Below, piece by piece: positions 9,001-17,872 of a DNA stretch of 64,000 bases. Position numbers and translations under genes: made by a program. How positions within the stretch are numbered: position 1 is the stretch's first letter; the number at the start of each line of letters is the position of its first letter. The notes under the pieces are model-generated. The model saw nothing but the letters and a program-made list of their open reading frames with translations. It searched no databases and was not told the origin of the DNA. This DNA comes from Bdellovibrionales bacterium (GTDB lineage Bacteria; Bdellovibrionota; Bdellovibrionia; Bdellovibrionales; JAGQZY01): positions 8,706-72,705 of the forward strand of contig JANPLN010000057.1 in the NCBI GenBank assembly GCA_031426555.1, written 5' to 3'.

Positions 9001-11488
9001 TGCCAAAATCGGCGACTCTATGAGTGGTGCTCTCACATTCACGGCACAAAACCAAGCGCGCTTTGCCGACAGCGCAGGCGGCGAATACGTCGCCATTCAA
9101 GCTCCGGCAACCATCGGAACAAACTACGTCTTGACACTTCCGGATACAGCGGGCAGTGCCAGCCAAGTGTTGACGACCAACGGATCAGGCGTGCTCAGCT
9201 GGACAACACCGTCAACAACTCCGGCTGCAAATAGCCTGGATTTCACTCACTTTACTAACGCTATGACATTGGATGCAAGCACCGACATCGCGGCTTCTGG
9301 TACGAACGTTTTATCGATCACAAATTCGGGAACAGACAATTCATTTCGGGTGAATGACCAAACTTCCGACGCAACACCGTTTGTGATTGATGCAAGTGGT
9401 AGCGTAGGGATTGGAACGACCGCACCTGAATTTCAAGTCCATTCTGTATTACCGATCTCTGCCGCATTGCCTAACTTTGTTGCAGAGCTTCAGGGAAATA
9501 CAGCGGCCAATGCCTCGGCTTTTGTAGGGCGCCGGGCGAGAGACAGTGCTGGCACCCCAGCGGCAATTCAATCGGGTGATTCAATAGTTGTTTTTGGTGG
9601 ACGAGGTTATCATAGCGGAGGTTGGTCAGGAGGAAGCTCTGGCGCTTTAGTGATCGTGGCTGAAGAGAATTTCACCCCCACCAATCGAGGAACGAGCCTG
9701 CGTTTTACGAACACACCAAATGCCTCAACCGTCAACGCAACGCGAATGACGATTCAACAGGATGGTAGCGTTGGGATTGGAACTACGGTTCCCGGGACAT
9801 TGCTTGATGTTGCGGGCGCCATCACTTCACGTCCGTTTGGAACAGCCACTGGCCAAACAGGTCAATTGATCGTGCGCGAGCTTGCAGCTGGTGGCACCGA
9901 CACAGTAGCGATTCGTGCACCGGATTCTATTACTGCAAGTTATGTTCTCACACTGCCAGTCGACGCTGGAAGTTCCGGACAGTTGCTTCAAACAAATGGC
10001 AGTGGCGTTTTGAGTTGGGTGGGCGCTCCGATCACCGGCGGGACGTTTTTGGCCGGTGCCGGTTCAAACACTGCTCCTTCGATCAGTTTTGCGGCCGACA
10101 CCAATACTGGAATTTACAATCCCTATGATGGAGCGCTACGTATCACTTCCAATGACACGAATCTTTTTACAATCGATCTGAATGGTATTTACAGCACAAC
10201 TGGCATATACATCCGCCCCAGCGGCCCTACGTCTGAAGCATTCCCGCCATATACTTTTGTTGGCGACGAAGACACTGGAATTTTCCGCCCAGCGGCTAAC
10301 ATCCTAGGATTTTCAACCAACTCAACCGAAAAAATGCGCATTGATGCAAATGGTTTTGTTGGTATAGGAACAACAAATCCAGGAACAATTCTTGATGCCG
10401 CCGGGGCCATTACGTCACGTCCAAGCGGCACTGGCACAGGTCAAACCGGGCAATTGAGTTTGCGTGAACTCGCAGCGGGAGGGTCGGAGACTGCCACCAT
10501 TCGTGCACCCGACGCGATCGCAACAAGTTTTTCACTTACACTTCCGAACACTGCAGGAAGTTCAGGACAGTTGCTACAAACTGATGGTTCAGGGGCTTTG
10601 GCGTGGGCAAATTCGGAATCGTCGATCACGCTCGACAGTTTAGATTTCACTCATTTGGCTGATAATTTAACGTTGGATGCAAATACAGACATTGCTGTGA
10701 CGGGAGCAAACGCCTTTTCAGTTACAAACAGCGGAACAGCCAGTTCGTTCAGAGTCAATGATGCCGCCAGCGACACGACACCATTTGTTATTGACCCCGC
10801 TGGACAGGTGGGAATTGGGACTTCAACGCCGAGCAAGGCGCTTGATGTGGCTGGCGAAATCGTAAGTGCTGCGCAAATCTCTGCAAACAACACCGCATCC
10901 TCAGCAGGCGTGGAAATAGGTCTCGCGTTGCACAACCGGAATTCAAGTACTTCGGGACCCACCTCCGCAATTGAATTTAACACGGCAGCCGCCGTCGGTC
11001 GCAGTCAAATTCGGTCGGGACCCGAGGGGTCGTCGAGCACCGGGTTTATGTCGTTTATCACTCGGGATTCGGGCGCGATGGTCGAAAAAGTGCGAATCAC
11101 TTCGGTGGGTAACGTTGGTATTGGAACAACAACACCTGGAACAAATACAAAACTTGATGTCATCGGGCAAATCCGCAGTCCGTCATCTTCCATCTCCACA
11201 GGCTCTGTGGATTTTTTAGGAGGTAACACGGTGACGACATCATTTGACTGCGGATCCAACATTACTTTTGCTAATCTTCGGCAAGGAGGCAGTTACACGC
11301 TTATTGTTACAGGAACTGGCACAGCGCAATGCAATTTTAGCACCACCACCACAGGCGATGATGCAGCCACTGTAACGTATAGATTTCAACCTGCAAATGG
11401 GACGCGAGTTTCTTCGAGCCATAGTATCTATTCGTTACTCAGAGTGGGAAGCATCGTGTACGTGTCGTGGATTACTGGTTTTATATAG
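6059..11488 (+). CDS. Giant phage-tail-fibre-like adhesin 1 (Bdellovibrio MAT-like, 1809 aa)
   Basis: Signal peptide and N-domain shared with the other fibres (PPQFMTVDGRL..CILYEEEQ). Repeats YxLTLP..G..GQ.L.TDG.G.L.W, VGIGTT.P, VDSVFGRTGAV, QAAINELD. Confidence 0.85.
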   Translation: MVLRLQYYTIKSTWYFLGLLLFLPTFAQAQTEPPQFMTVDGRLYDSTTPEDPLLDNSVLMKIQILNPTKTCILYEEEQTVSTLSSNGYFNVRVGSPTSGPESSKRTTSTIDVGNSMMEIFQNQNASIAGRTSGGAGCGYSPAAGDTRYFRFVVTPSTTGVTSTLSPDMQIDSVPQSLVAETLQGMTPGNFVQTNTDVTQAKVNTLFGASYTTLSGLLSGSSSLYLQNTTNGTVIPSRATSPVAPTAGQIWYDSDDFVLRYYDGTTVLTLGTSGGDPTKLPLAGGTMAGAINMAGNDITDLGHVTQAPQRTFRFGVYTTAQQATLIATPLVAGHEGTVWYNTTTNKLMFWDGTAEFAVSPVDSVFGRTGAVVAVAGDYTASQVTNVASGAVTAVTVQSAINELDTEKVAKAGDTMTGALNLDNEQELRLSEADGSGANFVAIKALATLGANYTLTLPHDDGNSGQYLQTDGNGILTWVTPAGVGETNTGSNQGAAGVGVYDAKSGVDLQFRNINAASNKINVALDAGNKEIDINVNEVNLNSAVIPNTAAGTIAATNVQAAINELDTEKVATTRAINTVAGSGLTGGGDLSADRSLSVNINGTTGETAVAGVDEILIYDVSATALRKMTRTNFVLSETEVDAMVSNNGFLTTEADTLATVTSRGANTATSITLNTQAQARFADSAGGEYAAIQAPATIGSNYILTLPTDDGIANQVLTTDGSGVLSWTSLAAVGESNTASNQGAAGVGLYDLKAGVDLQFRNINAASNKVSIALDAGNKEVDINVNEANLALGSIPNTVAGTIAATNAQAAINELDSEKVAKAGDTITGALNIDNEQELRLSEADGSGANYVAIKALTTLGANYTLTLPSNDGDSGQYLQTDGNGVLAWVTPAGAGETNTASNQGAGGIGVFKQKTTFDLEFRNINAASNKISIALDAANNEIDINVGEANLDLGIIPNTPAGTVAATTAQTAINELDTDKVAKIGDSMSGALTFTAQNQARFADSAGGEYVAIQAPATIGTNYVLTLPDTAGSASQVLTTNGSGVLSWTTPSTTPAANSLDFTHFTNAMTLDASTDIAASGTNVLSITNSGTDNSFRVNDQTSDATPFVIDASGSVGIGTTAPEFQVHSVLPISAALPNFVAELQGNTAANASAFVGRRARDSAGTPAAIQSGDSIVVFGGRGYHSGGWSGGSSGALVIVAEENFTPTNRGTSLRFTNTPNASTVNATRMTIQQDGSVGIGTTVPGTLLDVAGAITSRPFGTATGQTGQLIVRELAAGGTDTVAIRAPDSITASYVLTLPVDAGSSGQLLQTNGSGVLSWVGAPITGGTFLAGAGSNTAPSISFAADTNTGIYNPYDGALRITSNDTNLFTIDLNGIYSTTGIYIRPSGPTSEAFPPYTFVGDEDTGIFRPAANILGFSTNSTEKMRIDANGFVGIGTTNPGTILDAAGAITSRPSGTGTGQTGQLSLRELAAGGSETATIRAPDAIATSFSLTLPNTAGSSGQLLQTDGSGALAWANSESSITLDSLDFTHLADNLTLDANTDIAVTGANAFSVTNSGTASSFRVNDAASDTTPFVIDPAGQVGIGTSTPSKALDVAGEIVSAAQISANNTASSAGVEIGLALHNRNSSTSGPTSAIEFNTAAAVGRSQIRSGPEGSSSTGFMSFITRDSGAMVEKVRITSVGNVGIGTTTPGTNTKLDVIGQIRSPSSSISTGSVDFLGGNTVTTSFDCGSNITFANLRQGGSYTLIVTGTGTAQCNFSTTTTGDDAATVTYRFQPANGTRVSSSHSIYSLLRVGSIVYVSWITGFI

Positions 11489-11547
11489 TCTGTACTTGGT
11501 TGACAGCAACCTTCTGAAACTTCAGAATTAAACTCTGAACGTTAAGG

Positions 11548-13929
11548 GTGATAATGATGTTAAAAAAAATAATTTTCTTTTTTCTCTTTTTCATTCTTCC
11601 GACGAGTTCCAGTTTTTCGTGGCAGTCCAATATTGCCTTTAAGCGCGTGGTGGCACCTTATGGTCTTTCGTATTCGACCGCGAACCCAAGTTACACTAAA
11701 TGGACGCCGATCACGAATAACACGGCTACCGTGCGGGGAACCTCACCGGTTACATTTAGCATTTCACCGGCACTCCCATCGGGCTTAAGCTTTAGTACAA
11801 CGACTGGTCTGATTAGTGGAACGCCCACGATTAAAGATATTGCGGGCACGACTTATACTATCACCGCCACCAATGGCGCTGGATCTGTGCAGGTGGCGAT
11901 GAACTTGGCGGTGGTTCTGTCGCCATACACATGGATGGGAACCACTTCTACAAATTGGCACACGGGTACTAATTGGCTTGGAGGCGCCGCTCCTTCAACA
12001 AATGCTCACAATGCTTTTTTCGACGACGAATGTGGCGCTAACGACGACGCTGTTATCAGTGCCGCCGTGACTGCACGGTCGATTCAACTTAAGTCTAACT
12101 TCAACGGAACAGTCACGCAGTCTCTAGGAGCTGGCAATACTTTGAGTGTAGGAACAAATCTTGATTCTACGCGCGGAGGTATTTCTGTGGATTCGGGAGC
12201 GTTTATCGGAGGGAACGCAAACATTCGGGCTGATTTTGTGGAGGCGAACGGAGGAAGCTTTACTGCAACCTCAGCAGAGCTCCGCGTGGGACACGTCTCG
12301 GGAACCCAACGGGCCGTCCAATTGCTGGCGGCGGGAGTTTTTAATCATAACAACGGACATCTGTATTTGGATAGCGGCGGAGACAATTCCTGCAATCGAT
12401 TTTTTTTAGATAAGGTTCTACCACTTTATAATTTTAGTTTTGATTGCGAAGATACAAATTCTGATAATGCCTGGAATGGTGCCGTTTCTGAATTTCAAGG
12501 GAGTGTTCCCACCATCACTGTGCAAAATGATTTAAACTTTTTAGATGGTGCAATCCGACTTGGAACGATTGAGTATGCCGGGACTGATGTTTCGTTCGCT
12601 TGTGATAGCCCAGTCACTCGCCGTTATTGTGCGGGTGAGAGACGATCAATAGACTCGAGTGGCACTAATTGGACCGTGCTAAGACTGCAAGGCGCCACGG
12701 CACAAACTTACACTTACCAGGATGGAGCCGGGATCGGCTTTTTGCTCACCATTAATAACGCGTCTGGTGTGACGCCTGCAAGTAGCCCCGGAAAACTGTA
12801 TTTAACAGCTCTAGATATTACTACGGGTGCTTTTACCGCACCTGCTGCAGAATTGGCTGTGGCAGAGAACATGGACACAAGCTTCGAATCACCAACTGTC
12901 ACTTTTAGGATATCTGCCGCAGGAAGTTTTATTCACAATAGCGGTACGGTGGCTTTTCGAGGAGACTCTGGATTCAATGTCGGAGATTTTGCAAGAATTG
13001 CGCCTGCGGCTTCGACTCTGACGTTTAATAATTTTATTCTTAATCATTCGAGGTCTAAACCATACCATTATGGAAAAACTCTCAACATTTCCTCGGGCAA
13101 AACCATAAATATACTGGGCGATTTGAGAGTAGCAGATGGGCGTATTGCGTCGGGTGGTGGTACAACTCTTGTGATTAAAGGAAACTATTACCGGGACTGC
13201 ACTGACTACGAGAGCACTGACCACCCATGCGCCGATGTGGACCGGGGTGTAAACAAGACTTTTGATAACCCGGGCAGTCAGCTTTTCTATGCAAGCAACA
13301 TAGACCCGGACTGCCAGGATTGTACTATGACGATAAATCCAGGTGCGGGAAACACCGTAACATTAAGCGGAAGAGCCGACTGGAACTGGAACGGTGTCGG
13401 TACGCCAAATGGAAACCTTACTGTGACCTCTGGTACCTTTCACATAGCAAGTGGTGCGAGTATGATTTTACGGAATAATCTTGTAATTAATGGCGCTATT
13501 ACGTGCGCAGCAGGCGAGTATATCCAGTATGGTGGGACTCTTACAGGAACTCCAGGTGCCGGTAACGATACGAATTGCTATCGGAACACTCCCACAGATG
13601 CCACTCACAGTGCAGTAGATTGGACTGACTTTTCGGGATTCTCTGGAAAACAAACATTCGCTGGCATTAAAAACGCGATCCTAGTTCGCATTTCAGTGGC
13701 CAATGTTGTAGGCGCACCAAACTTTCGCTATCGGGTCAATAAAGATACGGCTAACGGGAATCAAATCAACTCTATAGTGCCCGGATCGCCAGTCAGTATT
13801 TGGATGGCAAACAATCAACAGTTGGAATTCCAAGTTTGGGGCACGAGTGCAGATTCGGGCTTGTTTACAGTAGAGAACGCCTCCAACGCTAACGCACTTA
13901 TCGACTCTACGACAGGGACCGTTCCCTGA
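11548..13929 (+). CDS. Secreted Ig (He_PIG-like) plus beta-helix protein, putative fibre-1 partner
   Basis: Signal peptide, SISPALPSGLSFSTTTGLISGTPT Ig motif, TW.G.....W....NW.GG..P, Gly/Asn/Thr-rich beta-solenoid. Start may be 11554 or 11557. Confidence 0.65.
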   Translation: MIMMLKKIIFFFLFFILPTSSSFSWQSNIAFKRVVAPYGLSYSTANPSYTKWTPITNNTATVRGTSPVTFSISPALPSGLSFSTTTGLISGTPTIKDIAGTTYTITATNGAGSVQVAMNLAVVLSPYTWMGTTSTNWHTGTNWLGGAAPSTNAHNAFFDDECGANDDAVISAAVTARSIQLKSNFNGTVTQSLGAGNTLSVGTNLDSTRGGISVDSGAFIGGNANIRADFVEANGGSFTATSAELRVGHVSGTQRAVQLLAAGVFNHNNGHLYLDSGGDNSCNRFFLDKVLPLYNFSFDCEDTNSDNAWNGAVSEFQGSVPTITVQNDLNFLDGAIRLGTIEYAGTDVSFACDSPVTRRYCAGERRSIDSSGTNWTVLRLQGATAQTYTYQDGAGIGFLLTINNASGVTPASSPGKLYLTALDITTGAFTAPAAELAVAENMDTSFESPTVTFRISAAGSFIHNSGTVAFRGDSGFNVGDFARIAPAASTLTFNNFILNHSRSKPYHYGKTLNISSGKTINILGDLRVADGRIASGGGTTLVIKGNYYRDCTDYESTDHPCADVDRGVNKTFDNPGSQLFYASNIDPDCQDCTMTINPGAGNTVTLSGRADWNWNGVGTPNGNLTVTSGTFHIASGASMILRNNLVINGAITCAAGEYIQYGGTLTGTPGAGNDTNCYRNTPTDATHSAVDWTDFSGFSGKQTFAGIKNAILVRISVANVVGAPNFRYRVNKDTANGNQINSIVPGSPVSIWMANNQQLEFQVWGTSADSGLFTVENASNANALIDSTTGTVP

Positions 13930-13931
13930 AG

Positions 13932-15575
13932 TTAATTTCTCAAAAGGAGAGGAAGTGGATCCTTAAACGTCGACAACCGGTATTTTGGCAAACCCTTTTT
14001 GAGTGATTGATCAATCGTATAATTACCTACAATGGAAAGGTCACCGCGAGTGACATACCCATAACCACCCAAGTTGCTAAGATTAACGTTCATGGCTCCC
14101 AGGTCGGATCGCCCGTAAACTTGGGACTCAAGGGAGTTATCCTCATAGTCAGCAGCCGACAGCCCCATTGCCTGCAAAATAGTTACGAGCAATCGGTTGT
14201 ATAAAACGCCCTGATAATTGTTGGAAAAATTTTCGCTGCCCAAAGTGCTAGTAAACTCGTCCGCACCGTTTGCTGGTTTTGATTTATCACCATAATCAAT
14301 GTACTGCCCTGAATTGATTTTTCCGCCGGCATTTCCAATTAACATCACGGGGTGCGAAAGATAGCCATGAACTTGTCCGTTTTCGTAGCTATTCATGATG
14401 AGTGAATTGTATAAGAACGATTTCCCATTGGAAGGATCGATGACGCTGGATAAATTTTGAACAAGCGGTGCCAATATATGGCGAATCACACCGTTTTGTC
14501 GTTCGGCCATACGTTGCCACTGGTACTTGCCATTGACTAAGCTAAACGGCTGGTGACTGGTGGTTCCGTGCTCGAAATTTTCGCCATCAAACAGTCCTCC
14601 GATGGGGCCGGTCCCTATGGTAAATACGCGACCCGTGTCGCACAGTATAGCCGCAGTGATCATATCTGCTACAACCTTACCAACCGCCGCACTTTCGTTG
14701 GCACTGGCCACATTGCCCATTTTTACTAAACTTTTGTGTTTACAGCTCGCGGTTGTGCTTTGCAAAAGTCCTTTTTGTACATCGCTCCATTTATCTACTG
14801 CATTATCTAAAACCAGTTTATCATCGGAGCTTATGTTTCGACTGTTTCGAACGCGTTTGTAGTCTTCGAGCACGCGAGAAAGTACATCCATTTTAGGATG
14901 CGGTTTTGCACTTTCTCCAGCTTCCGGAAACGTGCCATTAGAAAAAAGCGCATTATAAATACCAGAAATATAATAACTTGAAGCTGCCTTCGTAGCCGTA
15001 TCGGCAGTGGCCGCATAAGACCAACTTTCAATGTGACCTGCGGGCCCCCAAAAATTTATAGGCAAGCCTTTAGGGTTGAAAGATTTATGGTTATTTAAAA
15101 AATGATCAATTGTTGGAATTAGTTTGAGCTTTCCTCGAGTGTCTGAGCTAGATGGAAGACCGCCCAGAACTTGACTGTTGTCATGTCCGTACCGAAAGAT
15201 AAAATCTAAGCCTCTTAAAATATTAATGCTTTCCACAAATGGACTCAGTGCCGTCCCCGCAACCATAGAGAGATTTGAACTATTGGTGGGTACGAAGTCC
15301 CGCAAAGCTTGATGATAAATGTTATGGTGACTGCCACCAACCACGTGCACTTGACTTGGTGGAGGAAGGTTATTCATGCTGTGTGAAGACATTCGCGGAA
15401 ACCAAGCGCCATTACGTCCGATGTCGTAGTTTGAAAGAATGGAAATGAATCTACGGGGAATTTCGGCTGTTTGGGCCCAAACTGTGCGCGGTAGCATGGA
15501 AGCTAGGAAGGGAATGGGTAAGGAGGTTCCAACTCCTTGCAAAAACATCCGTCGGCTTTGTTTTGTAAGCTTCAT
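13932..15575 (-). CDS. DUF1552-family protein (twin-Arg N-terminus)
   Basis: SRRMFLQGVG..L.IPFL.S, TIDH, A..CD..RV, G.AGG.I..GQYIDY, YNRLLVTILQAMG. Coupled to the DUF1592-type gene. Confidence 0.75.
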   Translation of the reverse strand: MKLTKQSRRMFLQGVGTSLPIPFLASMLPRTVWAQTAEIPRRFISILSNYDIGRNGAWFPRMSSHSMNNLPPPSQVHVVGGSHHNIYHQALRDFVPTNSSNLSMVAGTALSPFVESINILRGLDFIFRYGHDNSQVLGGLPSSSDTRGKLKLIPTIDHFLNNHKSFNPKGLPINFWGPAGHIESWSYAATADTATKAASSYYISGIYNALFSNGTFPEAGESAKPHPKMDVLSRVLEDYKRVRNSRNISSDDKLVLDNAVDKWSDVQKGLLQSTTASCKHKSLVKMGNVASANESAAVGKVVADMITAAILCDTGRVFTIGTGPIGGLFDGENFEHGTTSHQPFSLVNGKYQWQRMAERQNGVIRHILAPLVQNLSSVIDPSNGKSFLYNSLIMNSYENGQVHGYLSHPVMLIGNAGGKINSGQYIDYGDKSKPANGADEFTSTLGSENFSNNYQGVLYNRLLVTILQAMGLSAADYEDNSLESQVYGRSDLGAMNVNLSNLGGYGYVTRGDLSIVGNYTIDQSLKKGLPKYRLSTFKDPLPLLLRN

Positions 15576-15577
15576 AA

Positions 15578-17665
15578 TTACTCCAACTTTCTAAATCTGA
15601 ATTGTCGTATGACCGTAGAACTTTTAAAGAAATCCTGTAAGGAGCTATCTGCATCTAAGCTTTGATACATTCTTTTCATGGCGCAGGAGTTGATACTTTG
15701 CGGCATTTCTGGCAGCTGGTGCGCATACGCATAATAATTTTTAACTAAACAACTTTTAAAATCTTTAGTTTCTGCAAGGACCTGGCTGAGCTCAATTCCG
15801 CCGTCGACCTGTCGATTAACACCCATGGCGACCTGTAAATCCACTTTCGCATCTGTGGGTAATTCATTGACAAGATTTCCTGCAGCATTGAAAACGGGTT
15901 CTATGTCTTGATACATTCCAAAGGAATTATATTTGCTAAAAGCAAAGCCGATGGGATTGATCTGGCTATGGCAGGATATGCACTGCGGTCCTGACGTTTT
16001 ATTGTGAAAAAGCGTTCGTGTGGTCCCTACGCCGTCCAGAGCTGGCGGAATGATTTCCGAGGACAAGTTGGGAGGCGGATCTGCGATTTTTGAGCAAAGC
16101 AGCGAGTTGCGAATATGTATGGAACGATGAATGGGATTCTCTGAGTGTCCCCCCGTAAAAAGCATCGCCGCTCGAGTCAACAACCCCCCGCGTTCCCCTG
16201 CAGGGAAACGAACAGCATTCGTGTCGCTGATATTGTTGGGCGCCGGGGTTGCCTGATTGTAAATCTTCATCAAGTCAGGAGTCCGAGCTAAAGAAATATT
16301 CGAGGTGAATAGATCCTTTACCGTCTTGTTGCTTTCACGAATGTAATTAACAAGGTCAACCACTTCAGTGATCATTGAAGTACGAAGTTCTTCGTTGGGA
16401 TTTATTCCAGTAGTTAAAAGTTTAAATTTGTTGTGACTTTGAAAACTGTAATTTGGAAGTTTATCAAGACGGAGCCATTCTTTAGTGAACTGATTGATTG
16501 ATGGCGCCATTTTATCACTTGCATAAGACAATGCCGAAAGAAACGCCGATTCTTCTATTAAATCTTTTGTAGCAGCCAGTTTGAGCAAATTTTCGTCGGG
16601 AAACGAATTGTTGTAAATTAAGGAAAGTCGACGGGCAATGGCATAAGAAGAGAGCCGATAAACTGTCACGGTTCCTCCAGGCAGAATGTCCACGTAGGGA
16701 TGAAAGATAAACTGTGGCGACACCAAGGCGCGAAAAATAATGTTTTCCAAGGCTATCTTAGTGGTTCCTGCCTGGCTAAATTCGTTTACAAAGCCCTCAA
16801 GCTCATTGTTGGAATTGAGACTGTTTTCCTCGACGGGGCGGCCATAAATTCGTAAAAGGAGATTCTTAACGAAGGCGTAGCGACAGGCCGGCGACAAAGT
16901 GTCGAGATTGGTATAAGTGCATGAACCCGGCTCATAGCCCACATATGTGCTTACAGTTTTCGCTATTTGTGCGGAGCTTGTTAACTCCATGGCTACCTCT
17001 TCTGCGATTTCGAAAAAGACTTTGGAGTGCGATGCGGAAAAATTATTGTCACCAGTCGTGTAGGCTCCGCCGCCATCGTTTGGAATTCTATTCAAAACGT
17101 TCTTGGTATTAAGAAACTGCAGCGTTGAAACGTCGCCCAAAGAGCGAGACATAAAGTTTTTTAGAGAATTGAAATATTGAATTTTTGAAAGTTTAGTGGC
17201 GCTGAGTTTATCGGGTGCTTCGTTTTGGTTGCACAAAAATGGTATATTAGCACCGGAATCGATCATTGTAATCCAGTTGACGAGAGTTAAAAAATCTTCG
17301 CTTGGAATTGGCCCCTTTGGCGGCATGTTTGATGTTTGCCCATTCCCGTTGTACACACTTGGGGTCGAATTATGCAGTCGATAAATTAACTTCGATTCGT
17401 TAGGCTTCCCCGGAATAATCAGACCTTTCGAAATGATTTCCAGTTCGCTCATGGCGGCTAGATTTAAAAAACTTGCCGAACCACCGACGCTGTGGCAAGC
17501 ATTGCAATTTTTCTCTAGTGTTAGTTTAGCAGCTTCGAAACGAGCGAGGGAGGATTGAGATACGTTATTGCCAGTGATGGCCTTCATGGGTTGGCCACAG
17601 TTTTGATATGACGTAGTGGTGAAAATAAATAGAGCAATCAGCAAAGGTTTTTTGAACTTTAGCAA
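15578..17665 (-). CDS. Cytochrome c lipoprotein with DUF1587/1595/1592/1588-type (PSD) domains
   Basis: YQNC lipobox, CNACH and CISCH heme motifs, LS..QY.NS, SPQF, RGGLLT, PIHR. Likely TTG start at 17665 after a GGGGG RBS (ORF track start 17716). Confidence 0.75.
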   Translation of the reverse strand: MLKFKKPLLIALFIFTTTSYQNCGQPMKAITGNNVSQSSLARFEAAKLTLEKNCNACHSVGGSASFLNLAAMSELEIISKGLIIPGKPNESKLIYRLHNSTPSVYNGNGQTSNMPPKGPIPSEDFLTLVNWITMIDSGANIPFLCNQNEAPDKLSATKLSKIQYFNSLKNFMSRSLGDVSTLQFLNTKNVLNRIPNDGGGAYTTGDNNFSASHSKVFFEIAEEVAMELTSSAQIAKTVSTYVGYEPGSCTYTNLDTLSPACRYAFVKNLLLRIYGRPVEENSLNSNNELEGFVNEFSQAGTTKIALENIIFRALVSPQFIFHPYVDILPGGTVTVYRLSSYAIARRLSLIYNNSFPDENLLKLAATKDLIEESAFLSALSYASDKMAPSINQFTKEWLRLDKLPNYSFQSHNKFKLLTTGINPNEELRTSMITEVVDLVNYIRESNKTVKDLFTSNISLARTPDLMKIYNQATPAPNNISDTNAVRFPAGERGGLLTRAAMLFTGGHSENPIHRSIHIRNSLLCSKIADPPPNLSSEIIPPALDGVGTTRTLFHNKTSGPQCISCHSQINPIGFAFSKYNSFGMYQDIEPVFNAAGNLVNELPTDAKVDLQVAMGVNRQVDGGIELSQVLAETKDFKSCLVKNYYAYAHQLPEMPQSINSCAMKRMYQSLDADSSLQDFFKSSTVIRQFRFRKLE

Positions 17666-17712
17666 ATTTGCCCCCCTGTGTACGGATCTAAGTCCCGTTT
17701 TATATACGAATA

Positions 17713-17740
17713 TCATCGGTACTCAAGCATGGAAACTTAA
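17713..17740 (-). promoter_or_regulatory. sigma28-like promoter of the cytochrome/DUF1552 pair
   Basis: Minus strand TTAAGTTT...ACCGATGA, divergent from the fibre-2 promoter. Confidence 0.5.
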
Positions 17741-17839
17741 TCTATTCCAAGGAAACGTTTCAGAATGAGACGCAAGACCTTCCTAAGTCTCCGAAAAGCG
17801 TTTCATAATAGTTATTCCGCATAACTTTTCTCCAGAAAC

Positions 17840-17866
17840 TTAAGGTTCTCGTTATAAGGCCGATAC
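17840..17866 (+). promoter_or_regulatory. sigma28-like promoter of fibre gene 2
   Basis: TTAAG-N14-GCCGATAC, 6 nt before GTG at 17873. Confidence 0.75.
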
Positions 17867-17872
17867 GTTAAT

